Shown: positions 30,402 to 41,665, counted from the stretch's first letter. The stretch is 64,000 nt of DNA from Candidatus Nomurabacteria bacterium (GCA_943348755.1 CALQYS010000003.1:2482-66481); one strand, 5' to 3'. Numbers and translations: made by a program. Notes: generated from the letters alone by a model not told the origin.

Positions 30402-33029
30402 ATGGCGATAACAATTACAAAAAGAGACGGCACAAAAGCACCCTTCAACGCGGATAGAATAAACAAATCGATCGAGAGGGCTTGCTATGGACTTAAAGAC
30501 CCCATCAGTAAAGTTATCCAGATAGCCACAGAGACACAACTCACCCTCTATGATGGCATTACTACTGAGGAAATGGATGCAGCATGCATAAATGCAGCAC
30601 TACAAAACGCACAATACGGCATAGACTTTGATAAAATAGCCACTCGCCTACTTTTGAAAGGAATTTATAAGAAAGTTATAGGAGATTATGATAATGATGA
30701 GTCAAAAAGCATTTCTCCTGAAGAATTTACGAAGTTGCATAGCTCTCATTTCAAAGAGTATGTTCTAAGTGCAGTCGAGAAAGGACTTTTGGATAGTAGA
30801 ATGGCATCAAGTTTTGATTTGGAAGATTTAGCTTCAAGTCTGAAAATAGAAAATGATGAACTCTATAAATATTCTGGACTCTCGACGATGCAAAATCGTT
30901 ATTTGATGAAGAATGAAAAACAAGCTCCGCTCGAGACACCACAATATTTTTGGATGAGGGTAGCGATGGGCATGTCTCTAAATGAAAAAAACCCAACCGA
31001 GTGGGCAAAGAAATTTTATAATAAAATGTCCAAGTTGGAATACCTCTCTGCCGGAAGCTCAAACATCGGCGCTGGTACCCCACACCCAAAGCTTTCAAAT
31101 TGTTTCTTGATGGAAATTCATGACAACATGGAACACATCGGTAAAACTGTCTCTGATGTTCTACTTCTATCTAAAGCAACAGGCGGTATCGGACTTTCCG
31201 TAACTAAACTTAGAGCCGAAGGTTCAGTCCTTAAATCAAACAATACGATTTCGTCCGGCCCAGTGCCTTTTATGCATATTATTGACTCTGCAGTACGTGC
31301 AGTACAACGTGGAGGCAAGAAAAAGGGCGCTCTTTGTTTTTACATGGAGAATTGGCACCTAAATTTTCAGGATTTTATAGATCTAAAACAAAACAATGGG
31401 GATGATTACCGTCGTACCCGCACCGCCAATACCGCTGTGTTTATTTCTGATGAATTTATGAAAAGAGTCTTAGAAGGTAACGAATGGTACCTTTTTGACC
31501 CAAAGGAAGTAAGTGACCTAAATGAGCTTGTGGGTAAAGAGTTTTCTAAGAGATACAATGAGTATGTGGAAATGGCAAAAAATGGAAAAATAAAGATGTT
31601 CCATGTTATGCCAGCACGTGAACAATACAAAAACATTTTAGTTTCTCTTGAGACCACCTCACACCCTTGGCTCACATGGAAAGATGCTATCAATGTCCGT
31701 GCCTTGAACAATAACACAGGAACAATTCACTGCTCTAACCTTTGCACTGAAGTTACCTTACCCACAGACAAGGATAATATCGCTGTCTGTAATTTGGTCT
31801 CTATCAATATTGCAAAACATATAATCAACGGCCAAATTGATTGGCACCGTCTTGAAGAATCTGTTCGTCTCGCTACTCGTCAGCTCGATAATTTAGTAGA
31901 CATAAATGAATTACCCATACTTGAGGCAGTACGGGCTGACAGTGAAAACAGGGCTGTTGGGCTTGGACTCATGGGCTTTGCCGATTCGATTGAGCAACTT
32001 GGCTATTCATATGAAGACAATGAAGCTTATGATTTTGCTGATCAGGTTTTTGAATTCATTTCTTACATGGCCATAGATGAATCTGCAAATTTGGCAAGTG
32101 AGCGTGGAAATTATCAAAACTTTGAAGGTTCTGGGTGGTCTAAAGGACGTGTACCGATTGACACTATCAAAAAACTCGAAGAAGATAGAGGACGTGAATT
32201 GACCGTCAAAAAAGAATCAGCGAAGCTCCTACCGTTGTTAGATTGGGAAACTTTACGTGGCAAGGTAAAGAAAGGTATGCGTAATGCTACCCTACTTGCT
32301 ATTGCTCCGAACGCGAACATTGGGCTGGTAGCAGGGACTTCCCCGGGTATTGATCCAAGGTTTACTCAAATGTTTTCCAGAAATAAAATATCTGGTAAAT
32401 ACTTAGAGGTGAATCCAAACATGATGACAGCACTACAAAGCGAAAACCTCTGGGAAAAAACACGAGAAGCAATACTTGAGAATCATGGTGATATAGAATC
32501 TATCGCAGAAATACCGGATGCTATAAAAAGAATCTATAAAACTTCTTTCTCTGTCTCTCCTTACGCATATATAGAAGTCGCCGCTAGGGCGCAAAAGTGG
32601 GTGGACATGGGAATCTCTCGAAATATGTACCTGGATATTCGCGACATCAACGAGATTATGAACGTTTACACTACCGCTTGGGATAAGGGCCTAAAAACGA
32701 CGTATTACCTCCATATGAAGCCTCGCCATACTGCTGAACAGTCAACTACCACAGTAAATAAAGCCCAAGTTTTGGGTAAGAGAGGTTTTGCTGTATTAAG
32801 AGATAAACAGCCGGCCATAGAGCAGAAAACAGAAAGTGCCGATTTGGTTAAATCTGCTGATGTCTCGGATGCGATAAATATGGGAAAGCAGGAAGAAAAG
32901 AAAAACATATTGGAAAAGTTAGTTCAAGTCCAGTCAGCTCTTAGCGGTGGTAATCTGACAGTAAAACCACTAAAAATACATATAACCGAAGATCCGAGCG
33001 AAGCTATGATTTGTGATAGTTGTCAGTAA
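30402..33029 (+). CDS. nrdA: Class Ia ribonucleoside-diphosphate reductase alpha subunit
   Basis: 875 aa. N-terminal ATP cone, active-site NxCxE (NLCTEV) and a C-terminal Cys pair (CDSCQ). It is followed by nrdB. Confidence 0.85.
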   Translation: MAITITKRDGTKAPFNADRINKSIERACYGLKDPISKVIQIATETQLTLYDGITTEEMDAACINAALQNAQYGIDFDKIATRLLLKGIYKKVIGDYDNDESKSISPEEFTKLHSSHFKEYVLSAVEKGLLDSRMASSFDLEDLASSLKIENDELYKYSGLSTMQNRYLMKNEKQAPLETPQYFWMRVAMGMSLNEKNPTEWAKKFYNKMSKLEYLSAGSSNIGAGTPHPKLSNCFLMEIHDNMEHIGKTVSDVLLLSKATGGIGLSVTKLRAEGSVLKSNNTISSGPVPFMHIIDSAVRAVQRGGKKKGALCFYMENWHLNFQDFIDLKQNNGDDYRRTRTANTAVFISDEFMKRVLEGNEWYLFDPKEVSDLNELVGKEFSKRYNEYVEMAKNGKIKMFHVMPAREQYKNILVSLETTSHPWLTWKDAINVRALNNNTGTIHCSNLCTEVTLPTDKDNIAVCNLVSINIAKHIINGQIDWHRLEESVRLATRQLDNLVDINELPILEAVRADSENRAVGLGLMGFADSIEQLGYSYEDNEAYDFADQVFEFISYMAIDESANLASERGNYQNFEGSGWSKGRVPIDTIKKLEEDRGRELTVKKESAKLLPLLDWETLRGKVKKGMRNATLLAIAPNANIGLVAGTSPGIDPRFTQMFSRNKISGKYLEVNPNMMTALQSENLWEKTREAILENHGDIESIAEIPDAIKRIYKTSFSVSPYAYIEVAARAQKWVDMGISRNMYLDIRDINEIMNVYTTAWDKGLKTTYYLHMKPRHTAEQSTTTVNKAQVLGKRGFAVLRDKQPAIEQKTESADLVKSADVSDAINMGKQEEKKNILEKLVQVQSALSGGNLTVKPLKIHITEDPSEAMICDSCQ

Positions 33030-33062
33030 ATTATTAAATAAATTCTTGAGGTAAATAAATAT

Positions 33063-34076
33063 ATGATTTTAGGAAAAGCGTCTCCAACAGACATGAATTT
33101 GCATCCCATGCATTATAAATGGGCTTATGACCTTTATAATCAGGCGGTGCGTAATAGTTGGTTCCCCCATGAAATACCGCTTGGCGAAGACTTAGCGGAT
33201 TGGCGAAAAATGACTGAGGATGAAAAACACGCTGTGGAGTTCTTGATGGCGTTTTTCAATCCAGCCGAATTAATAGTGAACAGATCACTTGCTCTCGGTG
33301 TCTATCCATACCTTAAGTCTCCAGAGTGCCACTTGTACCTCGCAAAACAAATGTTTGAGGAAGCAAATCATTGCGTATCTTTTGAATATGTTCTTGAAAC
33401 TTTCCCCTTAGACCGTACCCGTGTCTACGAACAACATCTAGAAATGCAGTCAATGAAAAATAAAGAAGACTTCATAAATAAATACCTCATCAGAATGACC
33501 GAAGATAACTTAAATATAGAATCCCCAGAGGGTAAAAAAGATTTTTTAAGAAACTTGGTAGCCACAAATATAGTTATGGAGGGAACATGGTTTTATTCTG
33601 GATTTATGGTGGCACTCTCCTTTCGTCAGAGAAACCAACTTCGCAACTTGGGCTCAATGATTACTTGGGTCCTACGTGATGAATCTCTACACCTCAAATT
33701 TGGTATTCAACTCATCCATACAGTGTTAGAAGAAAATCCAGAGCTTCTAACTGCCGAGTTTGCAGAGGAAATCAGGAAAATAATAATCGATGGAGTCAAC
33801 CTAGAGGTTAATTACAATAAAGACATGTTTCCAAAGGGGATATTGGGGCTCAATGCAGACTACGTAAACCAATATGTACAGTATGTGGCAGACCGCAGAT
33901 TAGAAGAATTGGGCCTAGAAACCCATTTTAACGTCACCAATCCAGCCAAATGGATGTCTACAGCCACAGATGTTTTCGAGCTGGTTAATTTCTTCGAGCA
34001 ACAAAATACTTCCTACGAAGTAGACGCACACGGACACAAAAACGAAGAAAAGAAGGAAAAGAAAAAGGAGGAGTAA
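33063..34076 (+). CDS. nrdB: Ribonucleoside-diphosphate reductase beta subunit
   Basis: 337 aa. Ferritin-like di-iron E/H motifs (EEANHCVSFEY, VMEGTWFYSGF). Confidence 0.8.
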   Translation: MILGKASPTDMNLHPMHYKWAYDLYNQAVRNSWFPHEIPLGEDLADWRKMTEDEKHAVEFLMAFFNPAELIVNRSLALGVYPYLKSPECHLYLAKQMFEEANHCVSFEYVLETFPLDRTRVYEQHLEMQSMKNKEDFINKYLIRMTEDNLNIESPEGKKDFLRNLVATNIVMEGTWFYSGFMVALSFRQRNQLRNLGSMITWVLRDESLHLKFGIQLIHTVLEENPELLTAEFAEEIRKIIIDGVNLEVNYNKDMFPKGILGLNADYVNQYVQYVADRRLEELGLETHFNVTNPAKWMSTATDVFELVNFFEQQNTSYEVDAHGHKNEEKKEKKKEE

Positions 34077-34113
34077 AGATTATATAATTAATATATAATT
34101 TTTGCGTACTTTA

Positions 34114-34767
34114 CTATTTTAAAGAAATACTCTCTATCACCACAGCACTGACTGGTCTATCAAGCACACCTGGATTTACAGTTTTAACATTTGCAATTTT
34201 ATCTACGACGTCTTGACCAGAAGTTACTTTGCCAAAAATAGTATAGAGAGGCGGTAAAGGATAAGTCTCTGTCATTATAAAGAACTGGCTACCGTTTGTA
34301 TCCGGACCGCTGTTTGCCATTGCCACTATCCCCTTTGCATAACCTACTTTCGTATATAAATCTGACTTTGCATCTATTTCGTCAGCAAACTTGTATCCCG
34401 GACCACCTGTACCCCATAGGTTCATCTTTGAATCGTCCTTGGTCAAGGGATCTCCCCCTTGGATCATAAAACCTTTTATAACTCGATGAAACTTGATCCC
34501 ACTATAAAAACCATCTTTGGCAAGTTTTTCAAAATTAGCCACTGTATTCGGAGATTCCTTTTCAAAAAATTCAATCGTGATATTTCCTTTGTTGGTATTT
34601 AGGGTTGCATTCATAATTTTTTCTTTTACCTCACTAGAACTCTCTATCGAGGTAGACTGATTGTTAGGATTAATAATATTTTCTTCTTTGCTTTTACCAT
34701 TAATATAAAACAGGGCACCAGCAACAATGACAATAACTACAATTATTGCACTAATATATTTGTTCAT
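34114..34767 (-). CDS. Cyclophilin-type peptidyl-prolyl isomerase, membrane-anchored
   Basis: 217 aa. FHRVIKGFMIQGGDP signature. Confidence 0.8.
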   Translation of the reverse strand: MNKYISAIIVVIVIVAGALFYINGKSKEENIINPNNQSTSIESSSEVKEKIMNATLNTNKGNITIEFFEKESPNTVANFEKLAKDGFYSGIKFHRVIKGFMIQGGDPLTKDDSKMNLWGTGGPGYKFADEIDAKSDLYTKVGYAKGIVAMANSGPDTNGSQFFIMTETYPLPPLYTIFGKVTSGQDVVDKIANVKTVNPGVLDRPVSAVVIESISLK

Positions 34768-34780
34768 AATATATTTTTAT

Positions 34781-35290
34781 TTACTTTTTAATTTCTTCGT
34801 AACTTATAATTATCTGATCCTTGTCTTGCACGACATAGTTTTCATAAGCGTCGGTATCTTGGCCATTAACAGACATATGAAGAACATGTTTATTATCAAC
34901 GGTAGAATCTAATATTTGTTCTTTATTGAAAGTCTTCCCCCAGACTGCAAAGAAATCACCAAGTGTGAAATCTTTTTTGACCGGCGCCTCAACATGAAGA
35001 AGACCGGTGGCATCGTGTGTATGTATGCTATGCATACATAGTCCATTTATGCCCGTATTTGCAGGAATAACTTCTTCTTTGCCGAGAATTAGAATCTTTA
35101 GCTTGGGATGTATATGGAATCGAGTCGCCATATCAGTAGTACAAGACAGAGCCACTTCCCTGCTTGTTTGCTCTGATATTTTCTTTTCGCGTGCAGCTTC
35201 AATATTAACGACCCCCCATATGATGAGTCCAGTTAGAATGAAAGTGATAATTATAAACCAAAAGCTGGAACTCAGTTTTATCTTATCCAT
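34781..35290 (-). CDS. Hypothetical secreted/anchored protein
   Basis: 169 aa with an N-terminal TM segment. No family recognised. Confidence 0.3.
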   Translation of the reverse strand: MDKIKLSSSFWFIIITFILTGLIIWGVVNIEAAREKKISEQTSREVALSCTTDMATRFHIHPKLKILILGKEEVIPANTGINGLCMHSIHTHDATGLLHVEAPVKKDFTLGDFFAVWGKTFNKEQILDSTVDNKHVLHMSVNGQDTDAYENYVVQDKDQIIISYEEIKK

Positions 35291-35295
35291 ATTAT

Positions 35296-35703
35296 TTAAA
35301 TCCTAACATATAAAAAAATTCTTGGCAAAAAAACAATCAGTCCGACAATCACTGCAACAAAAACAGACAACAAGACTGCCCCAGCAGCCACATCTTTTGT
35401 ATCACGAGCAAAAGGATGATATTCGGGAGAAGTTAGATCTATATCTATTTCGATAGCTGTGTTGAGAGTTTCAGTGATAAAAACAAGGCCAATAGTAAAG
35501 ACAAGGGCGATCCATTCTAAACTAGAAACTCTAAAATAAAATCCAAGAGCCACCACGATTAGAGCCGACACTATGTGAATAAATAAATGCCGCGTTGCTC
35601 TTGAGACAACATACAACCCTCGAAAAGCATTCAAAAATTTCTCGTTATATTTCACTTCTCGCCAAGCTCTCTTTTCTATCTGTATTTTTTCTTTTTGATT
35701 CAT
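35296..35703 (-). CDS. dgkA: Diacylglycerol/undecaprenol kinase family protein
   Basis: 135 aa with 3 TM helices and the conserved E..N.A.E motif (ETLNTAIEIDID). Confidence 0.5.
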   Translation of the reverse strand: MNQKEKIQIEKRAWREVKYNEKFLNAFRGLYVVSRATRHLFIHIVSALIVVALGFYFRVSSLEWIALVFTIGLVFITETLNTAIEIDIDLTSPEYHPFARDTKDVAAGAVLLSVFVAVIVGLIVFLPRIFLYVRI

Positions 35704-35720
35704 TGTTAGAGAATTAAATC

Positions 35721-36179
35721 CTATTCAACCTTTAGAGTTCCTTTCATTCCCATTGCCCTATGTGTGCCAACTGAACAATAATATTCAAAGCTTCCAGCTT
35801 TACTAGCTGTGAATTCTACCGTTTCGGTGTTTGGGGATTTTACTTCTTTTGTGGAAACCCCATATTCATCTATAACAAAATTATGGAAACCGGCACTATT
35901 TTCAAAAGTTATTTTTACCTTATCCCCCTTCCTGACTGTTATCATAGATGGGGAGAAGGAAAAGTTCTTGCCAACAATAGTAAACTCTTTCACTGGTGCC
36001 ACAGGCGTATTTTTCACTACGGTGGTATCCTTTGCAACCGCAGATTCTGTGTTTGTATTTTCACTAGATTGGAGTTTTTCGGAGATAGGTGCTTCTGCTT
36101 TTTTACCAGACCCAAAGGCAAACAGCAAACCAGCGATTAAAACAACAAAAACAACTATCGAAATATATCTATTTCTCAT
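35721..36179 (-). CDS. Secreted cupredoxin (plastocyanin/azurin-like blue copper protein)
   Basis: 152 aa. Type-1 copper ligand pattern H...YYCSVGTHRAMGMKG (Cys, His, Met). Confidence 0.55.
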   Translation of the reverse strand: MRNRYISIVVFVVLIAGLLFAFGSGKKAEAPISEKLQSSENTNTESAVAKDTTVVKNTPVAPVKEFTIVGKNFSFSPSMITVRKGDKVKITFENSAGFHNFVIDEYGVSTKEVKSPNTETVEFTASKAGSFEYYCSVGTHRAMGMKGTLKVE

Positions 36180-36221
36180 ACTTCTATCTTATCATCAAAT
36201 AAGCAAGATAGGCAAATAAAG

Positions 36222-37360
36222 TTATTGGTATTGTATATAAATGGGCTTGGGATTTAATTTCAAAAGATCGTCTGGTGCCATCAAGGTGGTGCCCTCTTCT
36301 AGAACATCATTTTTATAAAACAATTTAAAACCCGTAAATTGAACTGGTTCAGGATAAATAAAATTTGTATATGTTCCTATCTTTTTTTTCATTACTCCCC
36401 AGCCATCCATGTTCATGACTATTTGGACTTCGGGCAAGGGCTTTATTTCTTGGTAATTCGTAACCATTTTTTGGGTATATCGATGTACAACCAAAATTTT
36501 TGGGGGTAAACTATTTTCTTTGACTATCTTTGCTAAATAATCAGCTGCGAAATTTATATCAGTGGCATCCAGTGTGCCTACTATTTTCCCCGGTCGAACG
36601 CCAGTCTTCATGGAAAATTCTGGATCAACACCCAAATGAACCTCCGGCATTTTTAGATACTTCTCTAGCAAAGGAACTTCTGTATGTAAATTTGAAAATC
36701 CAACTTGTACGTCTAGAAAGACAATCGCATTTATTTTCTTTGCCATCCTTAGCACTTTGTCTATTTCGGCCTCTGGCATGCGAGTCCTATATTTGCCATC
36801 ATTCCCCTTATCTCCCTGAGCCACCACTGCAATGTAATGAAGCGCCGGGAGGACGGGTGTACCGGGGTCCGCAGATTCCCACTTTTTCACCTCGACATTC
36901 AACCTTTGCAACATTTCATCTTCTCCATACTGCCCCAAAACTCCCATTTTAGTCGAGTATAGATTGCCATAATAGGCAACAATACGTTTAAATGGCAATA
37001 TCGCCCCAGCATTTGGATAAACTGTCTTTACGGGCCAAAGATGTGCCCTTACTGGCTGTGGTGAGGCAGGAACTTTGGTAATTTTAGTAATAGATTTGCC
37101 ATTTTTATTTTTTTCAATAGTCTTAACTGTGTTAAAAACAATGGGATCTAGCGGATTGTTTGCCAATTCATTTAATTTTTGATCGTAAAGGACGGTATTA
37201 AGTGGCGAAATTGCTGGTACTATATTTTTCTTTACTTCAGCTTTTTTATTTTGTTCATCTCTTTGATAAGAAACAACGCCAAAAAACTTGGGCAGTATGC
37301 CAAACAAAAAAAGTGATAAAAAAATAAAAACAAGTAAAATTACAGTAAAGTTTTTTTTCA
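36222..37360 (-). CDS. Hypothetical secreted protein (possibly glycoside-hydrolase-like)
   Basis: The listed ORF reaches 37520 via a TTG and would overlap tRNA-Gln. The likely true start is the internal MKKNFTVILLVFIF signal/TM at about 37360. Confidence 0.4.
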
Positions 37361-37369
37361 TATCTACAG

Positions 37370-37440
37370 GCTGCGGGACTTGGAATCGAACCAAAATTTT
37401 CGCTTTCAGAGAGCGACGTCCTACCTTTAGACGATCCCGC
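37370..37440 (-). tRNA. tRNA-Gln (anticodon CUG)
   Basis: Manual fold gives a U1:A72 acceptor end and G73, as in bacterial tRNA-Gln. Anticodon stem TCGCT/AGCGA with loop CUCUGAA, T arm TTTGG-TTCGATT-CCAAG. Coordinates are accurate to about 1 nt. Confidence 0.6.
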
Positions 37441-37498
37441 AATAGAGATACAATAGTATAAATAAGGCTTTTAATCAAACCGATAATTTGCCTATTTT

Positions 37499-39145
37499 TT
37501 ATTTCTTGCCTGCGGCGCAAGCTTTGATAAAAGCCACAAAGAGAGGGTGAGGATTAAGCGGACGAGATTTTAATTCTGGATGGAATTGGGCTCCTAGGTA
37601 AAAAGGGTGCTTAGACTTTGGGAGTTCGGCTATTTCCATCAGTCTACCGTCCGGTGAGGTACCGGAAAAGACGAGACCCTCTTTGCTTAAGCGCTCGATA
37701 TATTCAGGGTTCACTTCGTAGCGATGGCGATGGCGTTCAGAAATTTCCGAGGCTCCGTAAGCAATCGCAGCGATGCTCCCCTTCTTTAATAAAGCCGGAT
37801 AAGCACCTAAACGCATGGTCGCCCCAAAGTTTTTATCTTTTAGATTCTTTTTTTGTTCGGGCATGATGTCGATGACTGGATTTTTAGTATCAGGATTTAT
37901 TTCTGTGGTGTGGGCGTCTTTAAGTCCTAAAACATTTCGAGAAAATTCGATCGTGGCAATCTGCATACCATAGCAAAGCCCAAAATATGGAATTTTTTCT
38001 TTACGACAATATTCCGCCACAGCTATCTTACCTTCTATTCCACGACTGCCGAAACCGCCAGGCACGATAATGCCATCAAATTTATCTAATTCTTTGAGAG
38101 ATTTAGGGTCTTTCTCAAATTGTTCTGAATTGAGCCAAATAATCTCTGGCTTGCAACCCAAAGCTCCTCCGGCATGTCTGACCGACTCGATCACCGAAAT
38201 GTAAGAATCTTCAAGCACGAACTCCCCTGTACCAAAATATTTACCGACTATCCCAATACGCACAGACTTAGTGGCATTATTCATTTCTGTAACCATCTCT
38301 CGCCACTCCTTCATATCCTTATTCGGTGGCACAATATCAAGCTTCATAAAAATACGATCACCGAGTCCATCATTTTCAAAATTAACTGGAACTTCATAAA
38401 TATTCCCGACGTTCGGTGCTGAGATGACATCTCCCTTTTCTAAACTACACATAAATTCGATTTTTGCTTTTCTTTTATCGTCGAGAGGAATATGTGCACG
38501 AGCAAGAATGATATCTGGGTTAAGCCCTACCGCATTCAAACTACGGACCGCGTGCTGGGTCGGTTTGGTCTTCAACTCGTTTCCTCCTGCTCCAAGTGCG
38601 GGTACATAGCTCACAAGCACAAGAACAACATCATGGGGATTCTTAATCTTGAGCATGCGTACCGCCTCAAGGAACAAAATGTTTTCATACTCACCGACTG
38701 TACCCCCTATCTCTGTGATCGCTACTTTAGCGTTGGCTTTTTCGACTGCTTTATTTATACGTTCGATGATTTCAAGCGGGATACGGGGCACTACTTCAAC
38801 TTGTTTGCCCCCAAATTCTAAATTACGCTCCTTTTGGATAACAGAAAGATACACGCTACCTGTCGTCATGTAATTCGTCCGGGTTAAATCACGATCAAGG
38901 AAACGTTCATAGTTGCCCATGTCCTGATCGCACTCCATGCCATCATCCAAAACGAAAACCTCACCGTGTTCGGTGGGGTTCATAGTGCCGGCATCAACAT
39001 TTACATAAGGATCTATCTTTAGAGCGGTAACTTCCACTCCCCTAGATTGCAGAATTTTACCGATTGAGGCGGAAGCGACACCCTTGCCGACTCCCGACAT
39101 AACACCTCCCACCACAAAAATATATTTTGTTCCTTTTTTAGACAT
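37499..39145 (-). CDS. pyrG: CTP synthase
   Basis: 548 aa. N-terminal KYIFVVGGVMSGVGKG and a C-terminal glutamine amidotransferase domain (GLCYGMQ, HPE). Confidence 0.9.
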   Translation of the reverse strand: MSKKGTKYIFVVGGVMSGVGKGVASASIGKILQSRGVEVTALKIDPYVNVDAGTMNPTEHGEVFVLDDGMECDQDMGNYERFLDRDLTRTNYMTTGSVYLSVIQKERNLEFGGKQVEVVPRIPLEIIERINKAVEKANAKVAITEIGGTVGEYENILFLEAVRMLKIKNPHDVVLVLVSYVPALGAGGNELKTKPTQHAVRSLNAVGLNPDIILARAHIPLDDKRKAKIEFMCSLEKGDVISAPNVGNIYEVPVNFENDGLGDRIFMKLDIVPPNKDMKEWREMVTEMNNATKSVRIGIVGKYFGTGEFVLEDSYISVIESVRHAGGALGCKPEIIWLNSEQFEKDPKSLKELDKFDGIIVPGGFGSRGIEGKIAVAEYCRKEKIPYFGLCYGMQIATIEFSRNVLGLKDAHTTEINPDTKNPVIDIMPEQKKNLKDKNFGATMRLGAYPALLKKGSIAAIAYGASEISERHRHRYEVNPEYIERLSKEGLVFSGTSPDGRLMEIAELPKSKHPFYLGAQFHPELKSRPLNPHPLFVAFIKACAAGKK

Positions 39146-39149
39146 TGTC

Positions 39150-40124
39150 TTATTTATTTAAATATTTTCTGACTGCCAGAAAACTGGAAATTACTCCGAG
39201 TAGTATACCTGATAATAGAATAATTGCAAAAATTTGCAGGAAATTGGAAACATAATAATCATATAAATTGAGACCAAGAAAACTAGTCATATTGCGTCCT
39301 AGCCAAGCGGTAATCGGCCAAAACAAGATCAAGATCGTAAATGTAGCGATAATACCGTATATTACACCTTCAACCATAAACGGGCCCCGAACACGCATTT
39401 TGGAAGCTCCCACGAGACGCATGACCCCTATTTCTTCTCTTGCAATAAATATGGTTAATCGAATGGTATTGAAAGTAATGATTAAGGAAGAGATTATAAG
39501 GTAAAGCGTAAGCAAAAAACCAAGCCTCTGCGCCCCTGATATTATGTTATTCAGCCGATTAATTACTAATTTATTCTGATGATAATTTACTTTTTCTACG
39601 ATAGAAGTGGGACCAGAAACAAGCGCATCGTCTCCTTGTAAAAAGTTGGCAATACTTTCATATTGAGAAATTTCTTTTGCTTTGACATTTAGATATGCAC
39701 CGAGGGGGTTCCCGCCTATTTCATCTAATGCGGCAATAGTAGAGTAGTCATTTACATGTCTGTCACGGAAAAGTTTGAGCGCGGTATCCGCACTAGTGTA
39801 AGAAACTTGCGCAACCTCAGGCAATTTTTCCAAAGATGATTTTAGAAGCATGATTTTATCCTCTCCAGCATTGGTGGTAAAATAAATAGTCACATCCACC
39901 TTGTCTTTAATTTGATTAAGTGAAGAATATAGTACTGCCTGTAAAAGGATAATAACAACTATCACTGCGAGCGTATTCAAGACCTGGAGAACGGCGGCCA
40001 CAGATACGGAACCCCCTCTTTTAAAGTTTATAAATCCAGATTTTATAATTCTTTTTAAATCAGTCATTGCCATAAGTATAACTATATCACTTAGTGTGCT
40101 TACTGTCCCGAACAATTTTACCAT
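39150..40124 (-). CDS. ftsX: Cell-division ABC transporter permease FtsX-like
   Basis: 324 aa. FtsX topology with 4 TM helices and a large periplasmic loop. It follows ftsE. Confidence 0.65.
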   Translation of the reverse strand: MVKLFGTVSTLSDIVILMAMTDLKRIIKSGFINFKRGGSVSVAAVLQVLNTLAVIVVIILLQAVLYSSLNQIKDKVDVTIYFTTNAGEDKIMLLKSSLEKLPEVAQVSYTSADTALKLFRDRHVNDYSTIAALDEIGGNPLGAYLNVKAKEISQYESIANFLQGDDALVSGPTSIVEKVNYHQNKLVINRLNNIISGAQRLGFLLTLYLIISSLIITFNTIRLTIFIAREEIGVMRLVGASKMRVRGPFMVEGVIYGIIATFTILILFWPITAWLGRNMTSFLGLNLYDYYVSNFLQIFAIILLSGILLGVISSFLAVRKYLNK

Positions 40125-40755
40125 TTTCCATAGTAATTACCCTTTTCCCAATAGAATCAATGACGCCACGATTGTGAGTGGCCAAGATTACGGTCGTGCC
40201 TAAATCATTTATTTTCTTTAAAATCTGTACTATCTCGTGTGTGTTTATGGGATCAAGATTACCTGTTGGTTCATCAGCTATGATGAGTTCTGGCTGATTA
40301 ATAATGGCCCTGGCAATTGCAAGCCTTTGCTGTTCTCCGCCGGAAAGTTGGTTTGGAAAATGAAAAATACGATGACTTAAATCAACCAATTCTAAAACAT
40401 GGGGTACATCAGAAGCTATCTCCTCGTCAGTCTTACCGACGGCTTCCATGGCAAAAGCTATGTTTTCATAAGCAGTCTTGTTTGGTAATAATTTGAAATC
40501 CTGAAATACTACCCCAATGCGACGGCGAAGTTTGGTCAGGTCTTTATTTTTCAGTTTATGTACGTCAATTGATTCAAAAAAAACAGTACCTAGGGACGGC
40601 TTATCGTCCGCTAAAATCATTTTGGTTAAAGTGGTCTTGCCAGCACCTGAATGTCCAACAACAGAAACAAACTCCCCAGCTGTAATAGTTACTGTGACGT
40701 CATCCAACGCTACTGCGTCTTTGTAGATCTTAGAAACGTTATTAAAATAAATCAC
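40087..40755 (-). CDS. ftsE: Cell-division ABC transporter ATPase FtsE
   Basis: 222 aa. Walker A (GHSGAGKTT), ABC signature (LSGGEQQR) and Walker B. Confidence 0.8.
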   Translation of the reverse strand: MIYFNNVSKIYKDAVALDDVTVTITAGEFVSVVGHSGAGKTTLTKMILADDKPSLGTVFFESIDVHKLKNKDLTKLRRRIGVVFQDFKLLPNKTAYENIAFAMEAVGKTDEEIASDVPHVLELVDLSHRIFHFPNQLSGGEQQRLAIARAIINQPELIIADEPTGNLDPINTHEIVQILKKINDLGTTVILATHNRGVIDSIGKRVITMENGKIVRDSKHTK

Positions 40756-40764
40756 CCACCTATT

Positions 40765-41664
40765 TTAACATAGATTTTTCTCTGCCTCAATAAAAGTATC
40801 TATTTCACCATCTAAAACAGCATCTACATTAGAAGTTTCCGCTTCTGTCCTGTGGTCTTTAACCATCTTATAAGGATGAAGTACATAGGAACGAATCTGG
40901 TTGCCCCATTCTATTTCTGTATTTTTTAGTTTCATGCTGTCTTCTAGGGATTTCTTTTCCTCCTCTGCTTTTTTAAAGATTTTAGCTCGAAGGATACTCA
41001 TAGCCTGTTCTCTATTTTGTTCTTGAGAACGTTCAGCAGAGCAGTGCACCGCGATACCTGTCGGGATATGGACAATCCTAACAGCTGTTTCTCTTTTGTT
41101 TACATTTTGTCCTCCCGGACCTGATGAGCGGGAAAACTCTATTTTTAAATCTTCAGGGGACAATACTACATCTTTTTCCTCCATTTTAGAAAACTTTGGC
41201 AAAACTTCTACTAAAGAGAAAGATGTGTGTCTTAATTTTTTTGCATTGAAGGGTGAAATACGGACCAGACGATGAACACCGCCTTCGTTCTTAAGTGTGC
41301 CATAAGCATTTTTGCCGGAAATTTCCAGGGTGATGTTTCGGTAGCCTCCGTGATCATTTTGATGTTCATGGATAAAAGAAACACCCCAACCTTTTTTATT
41401 CGCATACTTCACATACATAGCTAGCAACATAGCAGAAAAATCCTCGGCATCATCTCCACCCGCGCCAGAAATAACGGTAAGTATTGCATTCCCCTTGTCG
41501 TATTTTCCAAGTCCTTCTTTTTTATTTTTCAATTCGGCAATCTCTTTGAGCACACCTTGGGCTTTATTTTTATCATTCCAAAAGTCGGGGCTCATCATTT
41601 CTGCTTCGAGCTTTTTTATTTCTTCGTCAATTTTGCTGTGATCTTTTTCCATAATCTTTTGCAA
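40765..41664 (-). CDS. prfB: Peptide chain release factor 2, short form without programmed frameshift
   Basis: 299 aa. SPF tripeptide anticodon motif (RISPFNAKK) and GGQ motif (SGPGGQNVNK). Domain 1 is much shorter than in E. coli RF2. The listed start is a TTG, and an in-frame ATG lies 12 nt downstream. Confidence 0.8.
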   Translation of the reverse strand: MQKIMEKDHSKIDEEIKKLEAEMMSPDFWNDKNKAQGVLKEIAELKNKKEGLGKYDKGNAILTVISGAGGDDAEDFSAMLLAMYVKYANKKGWGVSFIHEHQNDHGGYRNITLEISGKNAYGTLKNEGGVHRLVRISPFNAKKLRHTSFSLVEVLPKFSKMEEKDVVLSPEDLKIEFSRSSGPGGQNVNKRETAVRIVHIPTGIAVHCSAERSQEQNREQAMSILRAKIFKKAEEEKKSLEDSMKLKNTEIEWGNQIRSYVLHPYKMVKDHRTEAETSNVDAVLDGEIDTFIEAEKNLC

Positions 41665-41665
41665 G